A DNA stretch of 64,000 nucleotides, taken from positions 3,162,001 to 3,226,000 of the forward strand of contig NC_092672.1 in assembly GCF_964355755.1 (NCBI RefSeq), written 5' to 3'. Below the pieces are notes generated by a model. That model had not been told where the DNA came from. It worked only from the letters and a program-made list of their open reading frames with translations, and searched no databases. Made by a program: the position numbers and the translations under genes. Numbering within the stretch: the first letter of the stretch is position 1; the number at the start of each line of letters is the position of its first letter. The DNA comes from Antedon mediterranea. Lineage: Eukaryota; Animalia; Echinodermata. Positions 12,701-24,400 of this stretch are shown piece by piece.

Positions 12701-13925
12701 TCCCATAATTGCTTAAATTAGTATTGTTTTAAAACATTGATTAATAATAGTTATTGTGATTATTATTATTTTTGTTGACAAACATTACAAAATAAGAGTT
12801 GTTGTTATTACCTGTTTACTAGAGTTGGAATGCAGATGTTTCTTAATCAAAGAAAACACTTCTTTTAAGCTGATTATGGGTAACAATGTCAGAAGCTAAA
12901 TAAAACAGCAAAAAAAAACAATTCTAAATTAATTTAATTTATTTTTATTTCAGAATACCATGACATAATATATTCATAGAAAAAAAAGAAGCTTAATCTA
13001 AGAAATCAATGTACAGATAACAAAAAACTAGAAGAATTCAGGTTGTACAGAATAACATACAATATATATATATATATAAAGTAAATGCAACAAGGCATTC
13101 CATTGTATATGCATTCTTGACACATTAATAACATTAATAACATTAATAACGTGTCAACATTGTAAATTATTTAAAGATATTGCTCATTTACTGTATGTAT
13201 AGAAAAGTCTCGGAAAAATAAATGTCATGAAATACTGTAACAGTTGGAATAATAACTCAAAGTTTCTTTATTTATAATTATTTATACCTCTGAAAGTGCC
13301 GTGGCATAGCCCTGTCTTGCACCTTGACGTGAAGAAGCCAAACCTTTCACTAATCTCTGTAGGGAATATATAACATCATCACAAAGTGTCTCTTCCTGAA
13401 AAGTAAAAAAAAACATATATTTTTTTCACAATAAATAATAGTTTTTAAATAAATCGTTCGACATAGGCCTATATTTGTAAATAACAAATTGTGTTTAAAA
13501 TATATAATTAAATACAATTTCAGCTATTTTTCTATACAAATTTAGATTTCAATTATATTATTTTATATTTAGCCTTTATATAGTCTACTCATGTCTTATC
13601 GTTGACTAGACCAAGCTTTAGTTTAGATAGGGCCTAGACCTAATACTATACCCTTGTCTCAGTACTTGTTGGCCGCTATTCACTATCTAAACTAACTAAA
13701 ACGTGTGCTTAGCGAGGCCTAATACGACGGCAATCCACATCTACTCACGTTATCATGTAAGCTTTGTTTATTTTGAAGAATTTTTAGCAGTGTATTAGCC
13801 CCACTGACTCGTTTTTCATCGTTAGCAGCAGCCAAAGACCAAAAGGTATTCATTAGATGTTGCTTTTCTGAAGGTTCCATCGTTTCCTTTCTGGACGACG
13901 ACACATGTGTTATGGGCGCAGCCAT
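740..13925 (-). CDS. MYBBP1A: Myb-binding protein 1A (Pol5/DNA pol phi family), ~25 exons visible, 3' end outside window
   Basis: Exon 1 13749-13925 (MAAP...FWSLAAANDEKRVSGANTLL). ~13288-13395 carries the YSLQRLVKGLASSRQGARQGYATALSE motif; 12608-12680 EEREHMFGQVFAYIAVVQSGRL; ~6202-6345 EPEWVEVVVDILIGLL; acidic exon 5258-5457; 4696-4905 MDDETMMRFDSVLAAAF...HFKLRVLDLV; then 4367-4483, 4084-4159 and 740-876 (SLISSGCLFLVRIL). GT-AG boundaries where checked; some internal exon limits approximate. Confidence 0.93.
917..1369. repeat. 27-bp minisatellite, left block
   Basis: Unit CAGTATATCTTCATAGAGTCAACTATA repeated ~16-17 times. Confidence 0.97.
1370..2986. mobile_element. 1.6-kb non-autonomous TIR DNA transposon inserted in the minisatellite
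   Basis: Perfect 16-bp TIR CTGGGGCGGATCCAGA / TCTGGATCCGCCCCAG; TCAAC duplicated at 1365-1369 and 2987-2991; no transposase ORF. Confidence 0.85.
2987..4045. repeat. 27-bp minisatellite, right block (~39 units)
   Basis: Same unit as 917-1369; explains the spurious (MKIYCIVDS)n ORF. Confidence 0.97.
5539..5697. mobile_element. Harbinger/Tourist-like MITE family A (representative copy)
   Basis: TIR AGCTCTGTCTACACTATCA, 3-bp TAA/TTA target duplication. Further copies at ~11754-11887, 12273-12406, 23584-23720, 28660-28791, 38203-38325, 40842-40990, 43012-43140, 52445-52580, 53022-53143, 62580-62721. Confidence 0.85.
8168..9721 (-). mobile_element. Non-autonomous Helitron
   Basis: On the minus strand starts 5'-TCTATATATAAA (9721), ends with hairpin CTAGATGGTACGCGAGCGAAGCGAGCGTGCCATCTAG-3' (8168), sits between A and T with no TSD; internal 262-bp tandem duplication (8742-9003 / 9004-9265). 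Confidence 0.8.
9722..10003 (-). mobile_element. tRNA-derived SINE family 1 (3' tail interrupted by the Helitron)
   Basis: Colinear with copy 11235-11549; A-box TGACCGAGCGG at the 5' end; remaining TAA-rich tail lies at ~8150-8167. Confidence 0.7.
10738..10777 (+). ncRNA. Degenerate minimal type-I hammerhead ribozyme motif of Penelope-like element type
   Basis: CTC-CTGAGGA-C-GATCAA(AGCATA)TTGATC-AAAA-CGTC-GAG: stem I CTC/GAG, CUGANGA core, 6-bp stem II, GAAA mutated to AAAA, palindromic ACGT stem III. Confidence 0.5.
11235..11549 (-). mobile_element. tRNA-derived SINE family 1
   Basis: Head GAGTGACCGAGCGGTTAAGGC...GGGTTCAAGGC (A/B boxes) and TAA-rich tail; partial third copy ~57024-57120. 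Confidence 0.75.
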
Positions 13926-14158
13926 GATGGTTCAATCTGTTTTCGTTTTTAGATAAACAATTCAAAGAATAGTTATGAGATTAAACAAATACATTTAAAA
14001 AACAAACAAACAAATTATTAAGCATAAAATAAAAATTACATAATACGATTTATTTAAAAACTAATATTTGTAAATTAATTATTTTAACGTCATTTAAATT
14101 AATTTTAAAATAATATTTTGTAACATCCTAAGCTACATACAGGGAGTCTCTTGTAAAA
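13926..14158. promoter_or_regulatory. Compact bidirectional promoter region MYBBP1A / eIF4H
   Basis: Only 233 bp between the divergent ATGs (13925 and 14159); very AT-rich; pyrimidine run GTCTCTTG just upstream of the eIF4H ATG. Confidence 0.7.
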
Positions 14159-17100
14159 ATGTCGGATAGTTATCGTGATCAATATTCTCATGGAGGAGGA
14201 GGAGGATACTACGGAGATAGGTATGCTTTTATATAATGCAAATTTTGAAACTACAATATATTTATGCTGTATTTAAGATTGCAAATTCTTCGTAAACGTG
14301 TGCAATCGTGTAATTTATTGCCCTCAATCTACGGCATTCTTTAGCTGCCACCAGTGACCATCACACACGGTCGGTGCCTGGCCCAGAACCTGGTGCAGCA
14401 GCGGCGGAGGGCGCTACTCGAGGCTAGCGTAGCACAAAAAAATGTTCACGTTTTACATACTGCACGTTCAACTGGGGCTAGCCAGAGAACTGGGCCTTGT
14501 GTATGGTTTAAAGATAAGGTTAAGAGGGGACTGCTATTGAGTATTCTCTACCACTATTTGTATTGTCAATATTGGGAAATGGACTTGCAGATATAAATCA
14601 AAAAGGGCCTAACTTATAATAACATATAGCCTAAAAAAGACTAGGCTAGACCTATTTAGTTGTTTATATTAAATAGTATATTTGTATTTAAATTTATATT
14701 AAATTGTAATGGATCGAAAATTAAAAAAAAAAATTATTTATTATTTATTCAATCTAAGAGATTTCATTTTCCTGTTTTGTTTTTATGTTTAAATCCAATT
14801 TCATGTTGTTTTACTTAATTATAGAAGAGGAGGTGGCAGAGGCCGTGGACCACCAAAAGAATTACCCACTGAGCCACCCTTCACAGCATTTGTTGGAAAC
14901 CTACCATTACAAGCAGTTCAAGGAGATTTAGATCACATATTTGCAGAACTTAAGGTTGAGATAAAAATATTTAAAATGATTGTTTATCAATCGTCGCAAA
15001 ATTGCAGTTTTATTGCACATTATTAACAAGGTTTTAGTTTTATGATTTGTTTTTACTTCAAATGTACAAACAACACCATTTAAAACAAAATAAAATGTAT
15101 TGCAGGAACAGGAACATTACCAAATAACTAATAACTGTTTCCATTTTTTCAGATTGAAAATATTCGATTAGTAAGAGACAAAGAAACAGACAATTTTAAA
15201 GGTGAGATTATTTTCAGTTTGATGAATAAAATATTTAAGTATTTGTTGATAATCATTCATTTTATTGTGTAAATTTCAGAAATTAATTTAAATGATTTTG
15301 TTCTTTTATTCAGGATTTTGTTACGTTGAATTCAAGACACAAGATGACTTGAAAGAAGCCCTGTCATATGACGGAGCTGTAAGTAGATGTACTATATATA
15401 CATAGAGGTATTATACTAAGCCTAGAGGGTCAACTTACTAAGCGCTAGCAAAGTGATGTGAATCATCAAAATGGCCATATCTGTTCGAAAGTAACAGTAA
15501 ACTTTTACAAAATTAAGGTTCAATAAAATGTAAAATTTATTTTGCGTTATAATAATAATAATTTATGAATGTAAATGTCCACACTAATTTCAAATTTAAA
15601 TTAATTTTTTATTATGAATTTTGTTATAGACGTATGAAAATCGTGAATTAAGAGTTGATATTGCAGCTGATCGCAGCCGTGACAAGGGAAACAGAGGAGG
15701 TATGTATCGTGCTACTTTATCATAACAATCATTTCAGTTTAGCAGTGTACCTTATACTATATCTTTCAGATTAGACATCGGTTTCTTTTTTTATTTATTC
15801 TTTATTTCAAGCCTACAGTGTAAAACACCAATAACAGGTTGAAAATAAAATAACTAAACTATAAAATAAGCCAATACAAATATATACAAAAATTTAAATA
15901 AGATTATTTAAATAATTTCATTATACTAAACTAACCATACTAAACTTACCATAATTACAATTGTATACGATCACCGTACCTAGTGTCTCCTGATTAGATC
16001 TTCATCCTCATTAACCATTTGTCTTATTTTGTCAGGGTTCAGAGGTCGTGGACGTGGTGGCGGAGGAGGTGGACGAGGAGGATACGACAGAGGAGGATTT
16101 GATAGAGGGCCACCAAGAGATAATTGTAAGTAATTGAACAATTGCCAATTTTTAGGTGATCATTTAGAATAAAATGATCACCTATTGTTATTGTATGAAA
16201 TCTTTATTTTTATTTTTTTTCTTTCTGTACACTTTTTGTGTAACAAATATCTCAAAAAGTTGAACAACAATGATCACAAAAATTTCACAATGTCTTTCAA
16301 ATACTTTAACTTAGCCATAATAAGCTTTTCAGCGTGATCACTGAACCGTGACGCCACGTATACGCCATTTTGTGAAATCACATTATCAATCATATATCCA
16401 TAATTCATTATCACATATTTATGAAATTCACTACACGTAAACTTCAGGTCAAGGGTAAAAATATTAGCAAATAAAAACGCTCGCGCACATACGGTCATGC
16501 GCGTGAAATCACGCATTAAAAATTTAAAAAGCTCAAAATTACGTTTTAATCAATTTAGAGCATGAATTAGGCCATTTGCGTGTTTCAAAAAATTACTGCG
16601 CAAAAAAATTATTTTGCGCGCGCGATACTTACAAAGTGTAAAAATTGCAATTTTTTTATACAAATCGCATTCTACTTACCATCCTTAGTACATTCACCAA
16701 ATTTGAGTCAGTTCCGACTTAAAATAACGGTATACGAGCAGGTTAAAAATATCAAAATGCGCAAATTAATTGCATCAAAGTGATGAAAATGGTGAAAAAT
16801 AAGGCCTTTTTAAAATGAATATAACTCTTCAGAATGGCAGGTGACCCCCAATTTTTTTAAGTTATTCGGGAAGCCATTGGGTTGTAGATACATATTCATG
16901 TACACATTAGACGTACAAAATGGTATTACGTTATCAAATGGCCACTTGAATTTAAAAATTAGGATTTTTTTCCGTTTTGTGTAGGTTATCACATTCAATA
17001 GAGCGCATCTCTGCTATTTGAGCCCGATTTTCGCACAAATTTCAGTGTGTGCTTGCTTAATTATTTATCTTTCTCATAAGTTGTCAGTGTTTTCATTTTG

Positions 17101-19658
17101 ATTACGTCATCACGCGTAAAAACTTGAATAACGTAGGTCGTGTAATTTCACCTTCGCCGTAAATTTGAATATCTTACAGCTCTTCAGAATTGAAGGTTAC
17201 CTTGACGATTATAATTTATTATGAAAGCTGATGAAATGTAGATATGAATTCATATAAAAACCAAGCCTATCAGATGTTGTGACGTTAACATATGGCCAGA
17301 TGAAGTTAAAAAGTAGTTTTTTCATCTTTTTCGTCAAAGTTATACAAATTTCAAAGAGCGCGCACAGCGCTTCTACGTGCCAGATTCTCTTCCAATTCTT
17401 ATATTTATTTGCTCAATTTAGTATCTTTCGAAATTGTCATCTTCGAGTTTATTTTGATAATTCCATCATACCAAAAATTTAGAACACGATGTGGGTCCCG
17501 TAATTTCACCTATGCTACACTGTATATAGATATACAGTATATACTGTACATATTGTATATGAAACATAATAGGTACAACTCAGCACTATAAGTGTATATG
17601 CATCATGTCATAGGATGGCGTACATCAACTTTTTACGATCGTATGTTAACGTACGTGCACGTTTAAAAAATGTTAATTTCATTAAAATAATAAAAATGAT
17701 CACCTATAATTCGTCAAAGTGACGAATTAAATTCTAGTTATTATTGTTTTTGTAAAGGTAATAATGGTAAATTGTCACGGTTACCTCAATAATATAACAG
17801 CAAATCACAATGGTCTTTGGAAGACTAAAAACTGGTAATCGTTCACCATCAATATACTTCCAACATACCCTGTACATCGCATATAGAAAATGATCGTACT
17901 GTAGAGGATTACAATATCTGAGCTGCTGAGTTGTTTGTTTATGTGAGCATAATTTTGACCCAATTTCAAACCGTGATGACCTACTGCTAGACACCTAGGC
18001 TTATAGGAAATTAGCTTGACTGGCTTAGAGCCATTTTTACTATATGTCTGGCTAGTGAAATAACGAGACCTGGCATAGGCTAAGCAAGGAACACTAGCAG
18101 TCAGTAAATCATCTACTACATAAAGTATTTTATTATGGCAAACAGTATTGTATAAATATAAACGTATTTAGTACGTCAATCGTATCATCGTTCCTGTTAC
18201 TGTACCAGTGGCAGTCTTCATTCAATCGTGATATCGAGGCAGGGAAAATAATTTTCACTTGAATTTTATTGTAATTATTTAGTTTTAGTTTATTAAATAA
18301 AGAACTTAAATACCACCACCTACTTCAAGTGTGCTACTGAGTATGTCTCTGACTATGCCTTTTTTTTTTAATTGGTGCTTTATAAACACCTTTTATTACT
18401 ACCATCATGTAACAACTTATCAACTTTTACGGAATTAAAAAATGTAAAAATGTTACTGATGAATTGTAACGACATTTGGAATTAATAAAAAAGGGTTAAA
18501 TAATATGATATTATGTTATGACATGAGATAATATGAATGTGAATAAAAGTGGTGTTAGAAAGAGAAACAACAAATTATCAACTGTTTTTAGTAGGCGTAT
18601 CTAAAAATTCTTTCAAATAATACTTTGGACTTGAAATGAACATTTTTTTACGAATTTTTTTAAAGAACTCTTTTGTTATATTGCAGACAATAATTATAGA
18701 GGAGGTGGAAACCAAGGAGGTCGTGATAGATATGAGGACCGAGGTCGTCCAAGAGAAGATTATGGAGGCAGAGGTGGCTATCAGTCGTCACGACCCCCTC
18801 CTGTTCAGGATGAATTTAAAGAATTGTCCGCAGGTAGAATTTTAATACATGTTGTTATTTAGGCTTTGAGATTGAATCCAAGATCAGATGGTACTAGCAA
18901 ATCTTGAAACTTCCCAGAAAAAAAAAAAAATTCAATATTAGTTCACCATCTCACTCAATGTTCTGGTCACATGTAGATAGCACTATTTCACAATATCTTG
19001 GATTAGATAATACTTATTTTATAATGCCCCTTTCACATTGCTTGACACACACACACACACACAATGCAAAATGTTGTTGTTGACACCCTGATTACCATTG
19101 TTTACCAGCTAGGCCTACAAAACTAATCGTGGCTAGGCTAGGCCTAAAGGACATTTGATGCGAGCTAATTAAAGACAATTAATGCAGCAACTATACGTCA
19201 AGTTAGGCCTATAGCTAGTCTATTGTTATCGATGTTTACCAACTAGGCCTACAAAACTAAGCCTAGCTACTGTAGGCTAGGCCTAAAGACCGCCCACGAG
19301 AGTACATTCACCGCAAGCTCCTTAGGAGTGCATTGTTTCTCTTTTTATCATAATTTACCATAAAACATACATTGAAGACAAGGAATGACCTGGTTTAATG
19401 TTTTTAAAGTAATATATATGCATTATTTTTAACAATAGTGTCTTTAAACATTGTGATATTTTATTTTCAGAGGAGGCAGCAGCTAGGCCGCGATTAAAAT
19501 TAAAGCCAAGAACAGTACAAGATCCTGTTAATCAGTTAGCGGCAGATATGAAACGTAGTGCTATCTTTGGTACAGGGAAACCGCGCCAAGAGGGTAAAGG
19601 GTCCGAGGATAAAGGATCCGAGGATAAAGGGTCCGAGGCGAAATCAGAAACCAGCTAG
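14159..19658 (+). CDS. EIF4H: Eukaryotic translation initiation factor 4H (RRM + RGG), 8 exons, 266 aa
   Basis: Exons 14159-14220, 14825-14954, 15153-15201, 15314-15378, 15630-15699, 16036-16125, 18687-18833, 19471-19658, phases consistent. Motifs [70 protein letters not shown]. Confidence 0.96.
16149..17737 (+). mobile_element. Helentron/DINE-1-like non-autonomous element (HINE)
   Basis: 5' TTTT-TAGGTGATCATTT with an adjacent inverted copy (16172-16184); the same inverted subTIR at 17694-17706, then hairpin AATTCGTCA-AAG-TGACGAATT and terminal CTAG/TT. Confidence 0.75.
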
Positions 19659-21204
19659 TAAATGAATTAGATTAAAACAAATATCAAAATAAAACAAAAA
19701 CATTAAAATGTTTTTTTTTTTTCATTGCATAATATTGTTCATAATACAATTCTTATATTCCTATAAAAGGATTATTATAAACTATGGCATGGTATTTAGT
19801 TACTGGTGTGCATTGTCAGTTACTGACATTTTTCATGCATTTAGCCCTTTTTGCGTACATTTATTTTCAACGAGTGAGGAGGCCGATTTGTCTTGTAAAG
19901 TACCGGCCCTTTTTGGGTAGTAGTATATTAGCTGTCACTACCAGCAGAAGTTGGCTTCAACCTGTTGCTGGATTGTTTGCAAATGCTCATTTTATAATAA
20001 ATTAAAAATTAAACTTATGGCAGTTGATTGTCATAGTTATTTTTATTATATAAGTTTTATTGTAGATAAAAATAAAGTTTATCTATAAAAGTGAGTCCTT
20101 ACTAAATACTAAGTGTCTATCCCAGGAAAACTTTAAATATGTATTTCGGCATTTAATTGCTGTAAAAAAAAAGGGTTTACCATTATTGTGTGGTGCATAA
20201 AAGTGTGCCTATAATTCTCTTGTCTACTTTGACGTCACGTAAGGATGTACGTTTTACGAAATTAAATTGACCAATCACAGATGACAGTTATCCACCGTTT
20301 GTGATTGGTCAGATTACGTGCGTTGCGCGTGCATTCTCGATGCTTTGTAGTGGAGGAAACAAAACTTAATGGTGTCCTCTCTCTTCCCGAGAGGGAGTCT
20401 GATATCAGTTATAGGTCTAATACGTAGGTAAAATATCAAGCATAAAATAATGTAGAAAAAAAAGATAGTTTTTTGAATTTTTACTTTAAAGGCAAAGAAT
20501 GTTTATTTCATCATCACGATATCAATTTCAATGTATGAAATAGACGAATTGTACTAGTTATATTTATGTGCAGTACTTCACTGTTCATGTATTAAATGTA
20601 CATATCTTTGTTGAGTCCGTTCGAGAGGAGAAGAAAATGAGAATTAAAAAAAAGTTGTTGAAATAATGATGTCATGTTTTGTTATTAGAAGTTCACATCA
20701 CAAACTATTTGTTTATACATAGTAACATTTATTTGTCAGTCATAGATTAATATTTTTGCACATGACCCTAATCAACGTACGCGATAACCAGAGATGGTGA
20801 TTGTACGTCACGGATACAAATAAACAACATTACCAAGTTACATTTTAATTTAAAGGATAACTTTTTCAGGGATCGAAAGAAATGTATATGTACTATAGTG
20901 AAATTGATTGTGTTTTGGACGGTGACTGCCAAACGCGTGTGAAATACACGTGCATTGTGTTCAATAGAAATATTTTACTGGATATTTAGTAGGCCTTTTG
21001 TTTTATTTATTAAAAAGATAAAATGACATCATAGATTAGACGTTTAAATCAACAAAGCATGTTTTCACATGTACACCATAACTTTATAAAATAAATATAT
21101 ACCAACAGACTACAATACAATATTAAACACATGTTCACCATACCATTCTACTGTAGTTCTAGTGTTATTCCGACAATATTAGCCTTTATATAATTAATAA
21201 TAAT

Positions 21205-21447
21205 ACGTCGATCTTATCTAAGCGCTTCACATTATTAATCCGGTAATGTTTTGGATAAAACACCTCTGAAAACATACTCCTATAATGTTGCAGACGTAAT
21301 CAGCGCAGTTGTGTTTTGACCTATACCAGGTACCCATTTGTACACCTGGGCGGAGAGAGGCAAACGTAAGTAGAGTGTCTTGCCCATAGATACAAGCAAT
21401 ACGAGTTTTGGATTCGAACCACGACCAGAAATCCAACGTCCAACACA
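21205..21447 (-). mobile_element. SINE family 2 (CORE/Nin-like central domain)
   Basis: B box GGTTCGAATCC, then GGGCAAGACACT...TGCCTCTCTCCGCCCAGGTGTACAAATGGGTACC; related copy at ~49455-49672 (+). Confidence 0.65.
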
Positions 21448-21480
21448 CCCTTAAAGTTCGGTTATCATCGCAAGATGTTC

Positions 21481-24400
21481 CTAAACAAGATCATTGTTTT
21501 TTGTTTCTTCCTTAGTTTGTTCTTTCGTATTCATACAACCCGTGGGACTTCCAATCTTATCCTGTAAAGAAAATACTGTACATCATCATAATTATACAGT
21601 ATATGCTAAATATAAAGTTTGCCAAAACACAATATGCCACAAATAGATGCTTGAATATGTATCAAACGTACAGCAACTGTATACATCCTATATAGACGAA
21701 CAATACTGAAGAATAACCAAAATCCCCCCCCCCCCACCCCCACCAGCCCCATATGATTACCTGAACGGGATTATTTCCTCGTCTTGTTAGTTGTAACGCC
21801 TTCGAGAGGAGTTGATGTATTTCAGCATTCACTGCTGTGTTACCAGTATCAATGTTAGATGTCACTAGAGCTTCCATTCTTTCTACGGCAGACAAGTTTC
21901 CTCCTTTTCGTTTGTTTTCAGTTCTACTTGCATTATGTGAAACACCTAAATATTAATTAAACAGACATTTTCATTAATACTGATTTTAATATGTTACTTG
22001 GCAATATTATACAGGACACGGAGTTTTCGCAATAGCATAAAATCAAAGGCAAACAATTGGAGAGACACGCCCTTTGGCGATAGATGTCTGCAACATCTCT
22101 TGTCTCTCCTCCTCCGTGCTCCATTTATGTATTTCACTGAAAGGATTAAATAAATTGGCAAAAGACGATGTGATTTACTGATGTGTACTGAATGTGTCAC
22201 TTTTGGGGAGACGGTGTTTAGGATAAAACCGAAGAAGGAGGTTATTTTCTAATAGGGAGCCTTTCAAACAGTGTTTGATTTATATAAATTACTGGTTATC
22301 AAGGCTGGTTTGATTGCATTGATGTAAAGCTTGGTTCTCACGCAACGTACTTAAGCGCACTCAAAGTAATTTGACCGAACTGTCGGTTGTGATGATTGGT
22401 CAAATCGTTGTCTATGTAATACGTTGTTGCGTTGCATCCAAATGACAACCAAGCTTTATGGTGTATTTTACTTACTGAAGCTTACTGCACTACTACCGGT
22501 TCCCGTCTTATGAACACGTTTTTTTGACGGATTCAGTTGTTTCTGAAGTTTATTCATTGATGCAATGGTATACAGATACGGATTGATGGCTGAATTGATT
22601 GGTAGGACGAACACTGCAGACCAAGCGTACACCTCTGCCGGAATATCAACTGTTCTTGTCAAAGACAACATCCCCATTATTATAATCGGCATCCAGCAAC
22701 AGAAATCCGTAGCAATGATAAAACCCATTCGCAAGGCCATAGCAATGTGTTGATTTTTGGCTGTATTTATATTGCCAGTCTGTTGGATGTTACTGCTTGA
22801 TATCTTCACCAGAATGAAGAGTCCTGCGTAACAGACAAATATTAATACAAAACAAAACATATTGAAACCTATGAAGATGGCAGCCGTGTACTCCCATCCT
22901 AACACTCTTTCTGACGTCAGTGGTAATGCCAAACACACGCTGGTAACACCGTAGAACTCATTGTTGAAGTAGGGCAGTGGTAGTATAGGAACAGCGCTCA
23001 TTACTATTGTCAAGAACCACCCCAGAGCTACCGCGTATTTGACCGAAGTCGATGTCAAATGAACGCTACGAAATGGAAACGCTATGTGAAGAAATCTGTC
23101 ACAGCTAAGAACAGTCAGCGTGAAAACAGACAATTCGCTTGACAGAAAAGCTAAGATTCCGGCAAAAGTACACGTAAGACTTTGCTTCCAATGCTTCGCA
23201 TGTGTGACGTAATCATCTCTGTAGAATACGTCAGCACTTGCTATGATTAGCATGTAGACACCCATGAGTGCGTCTGACACTGCTAGATTCATCACCAGTA
23301 AAGACTGTGTGTACGACGCACTATCACGTGATGGCCAGTTTCTACATCTCCATCCTATTACAAACATGTTACCAAATAGTGCGCTTATTCCAAAGGCCCA
23401 TAAGAAGATTCTGAGTATCTCGTTCTGCATCAGGTTGGCACAGGACGAAAAGACATCGGCGGCTGGTGTGCAGTCTACATCCATGCTAGGATTCAGTAAA
23501 CAGCAGAATGAGTGGTCATCGGATATTCTGAAATGTGAATCATAGTCACGTCACGTGTCAACTTTGTTTGGTCGTCTATCTAAAGCTCTGTCTACACCAT
23601 AAAACTAGTTTGACGAGAAGCTGTAATGTGCCCAAATATGGTAGTGATATGATGTCATCGTATCCATATATGGGATCACATGTTTTTGTCACATCAGGTT
23701 TGATAGTGTAGACAGTGTCTTAGTATTTCATGAATATCTGTCTAAGATTTGTTGGAAACAGAATAGGAAGATACAATAGGCCTAACTCTGTACATTATGC
23801 TTATACGCAGAATTGCAACCTTCCATTCAACTAATAGTAATACTCTCAAGAATATAGTCTCGATGTCTTCGATATCCAGTGTCTCGTATAACTCCAAATA
23901 ACATAGATACCAATTACACTTCAAATTATATTGGCTCACTTGAAGGAAAATGTACTTACAATGTTTTAAGTGACGTTAGGTCCATAAATATGTTTTTATC
24001 GACTTGTTCAATGTCGTTTGCAGATATATCTCTGTAATTCGTAAATAAACCATCGTGAAATGAAACATTGAAATATGGAAATGAAATAACAACGATTCAT
24101 GAGTTTCCTTTTGATAAAATAGGTGAAAATATTGATTTTTTAATTTTAATGTAATTGTTAATGTTAGAACGCACCGTTTTTATAAACGTGTGCCGCTGAT
24201 CCAAAAGCGTTGTTCGAATAAGTTTGAGTTGTGACATGGAAAGAATTGAGAACGTTTTTATAAACGTGTGCCGCTGATCCAAAAGCGTTGTTCGAATAAA
24301 GTTTGAGTTTGAGTTTGAGTTTGAGTTTGAGTTGTGACATGGAAAGAATTGAGACTTTATTACTTACAAGTATTCAAGTTCTGCTAATTCAGAAAACGCC

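Noticed and set aside
14354-14596. 80-aa ORF in eIF4H intron 1
   Set aside because: GTG start, no recognisable domain; GC-rich promoter-proximal intron sequence.
19870-19990. Two hairpins in the eIF4H 3' UTR resembling an H/ACA RNA
   Set aside because: No ACA box and exonic location; structure alone is insufficient.
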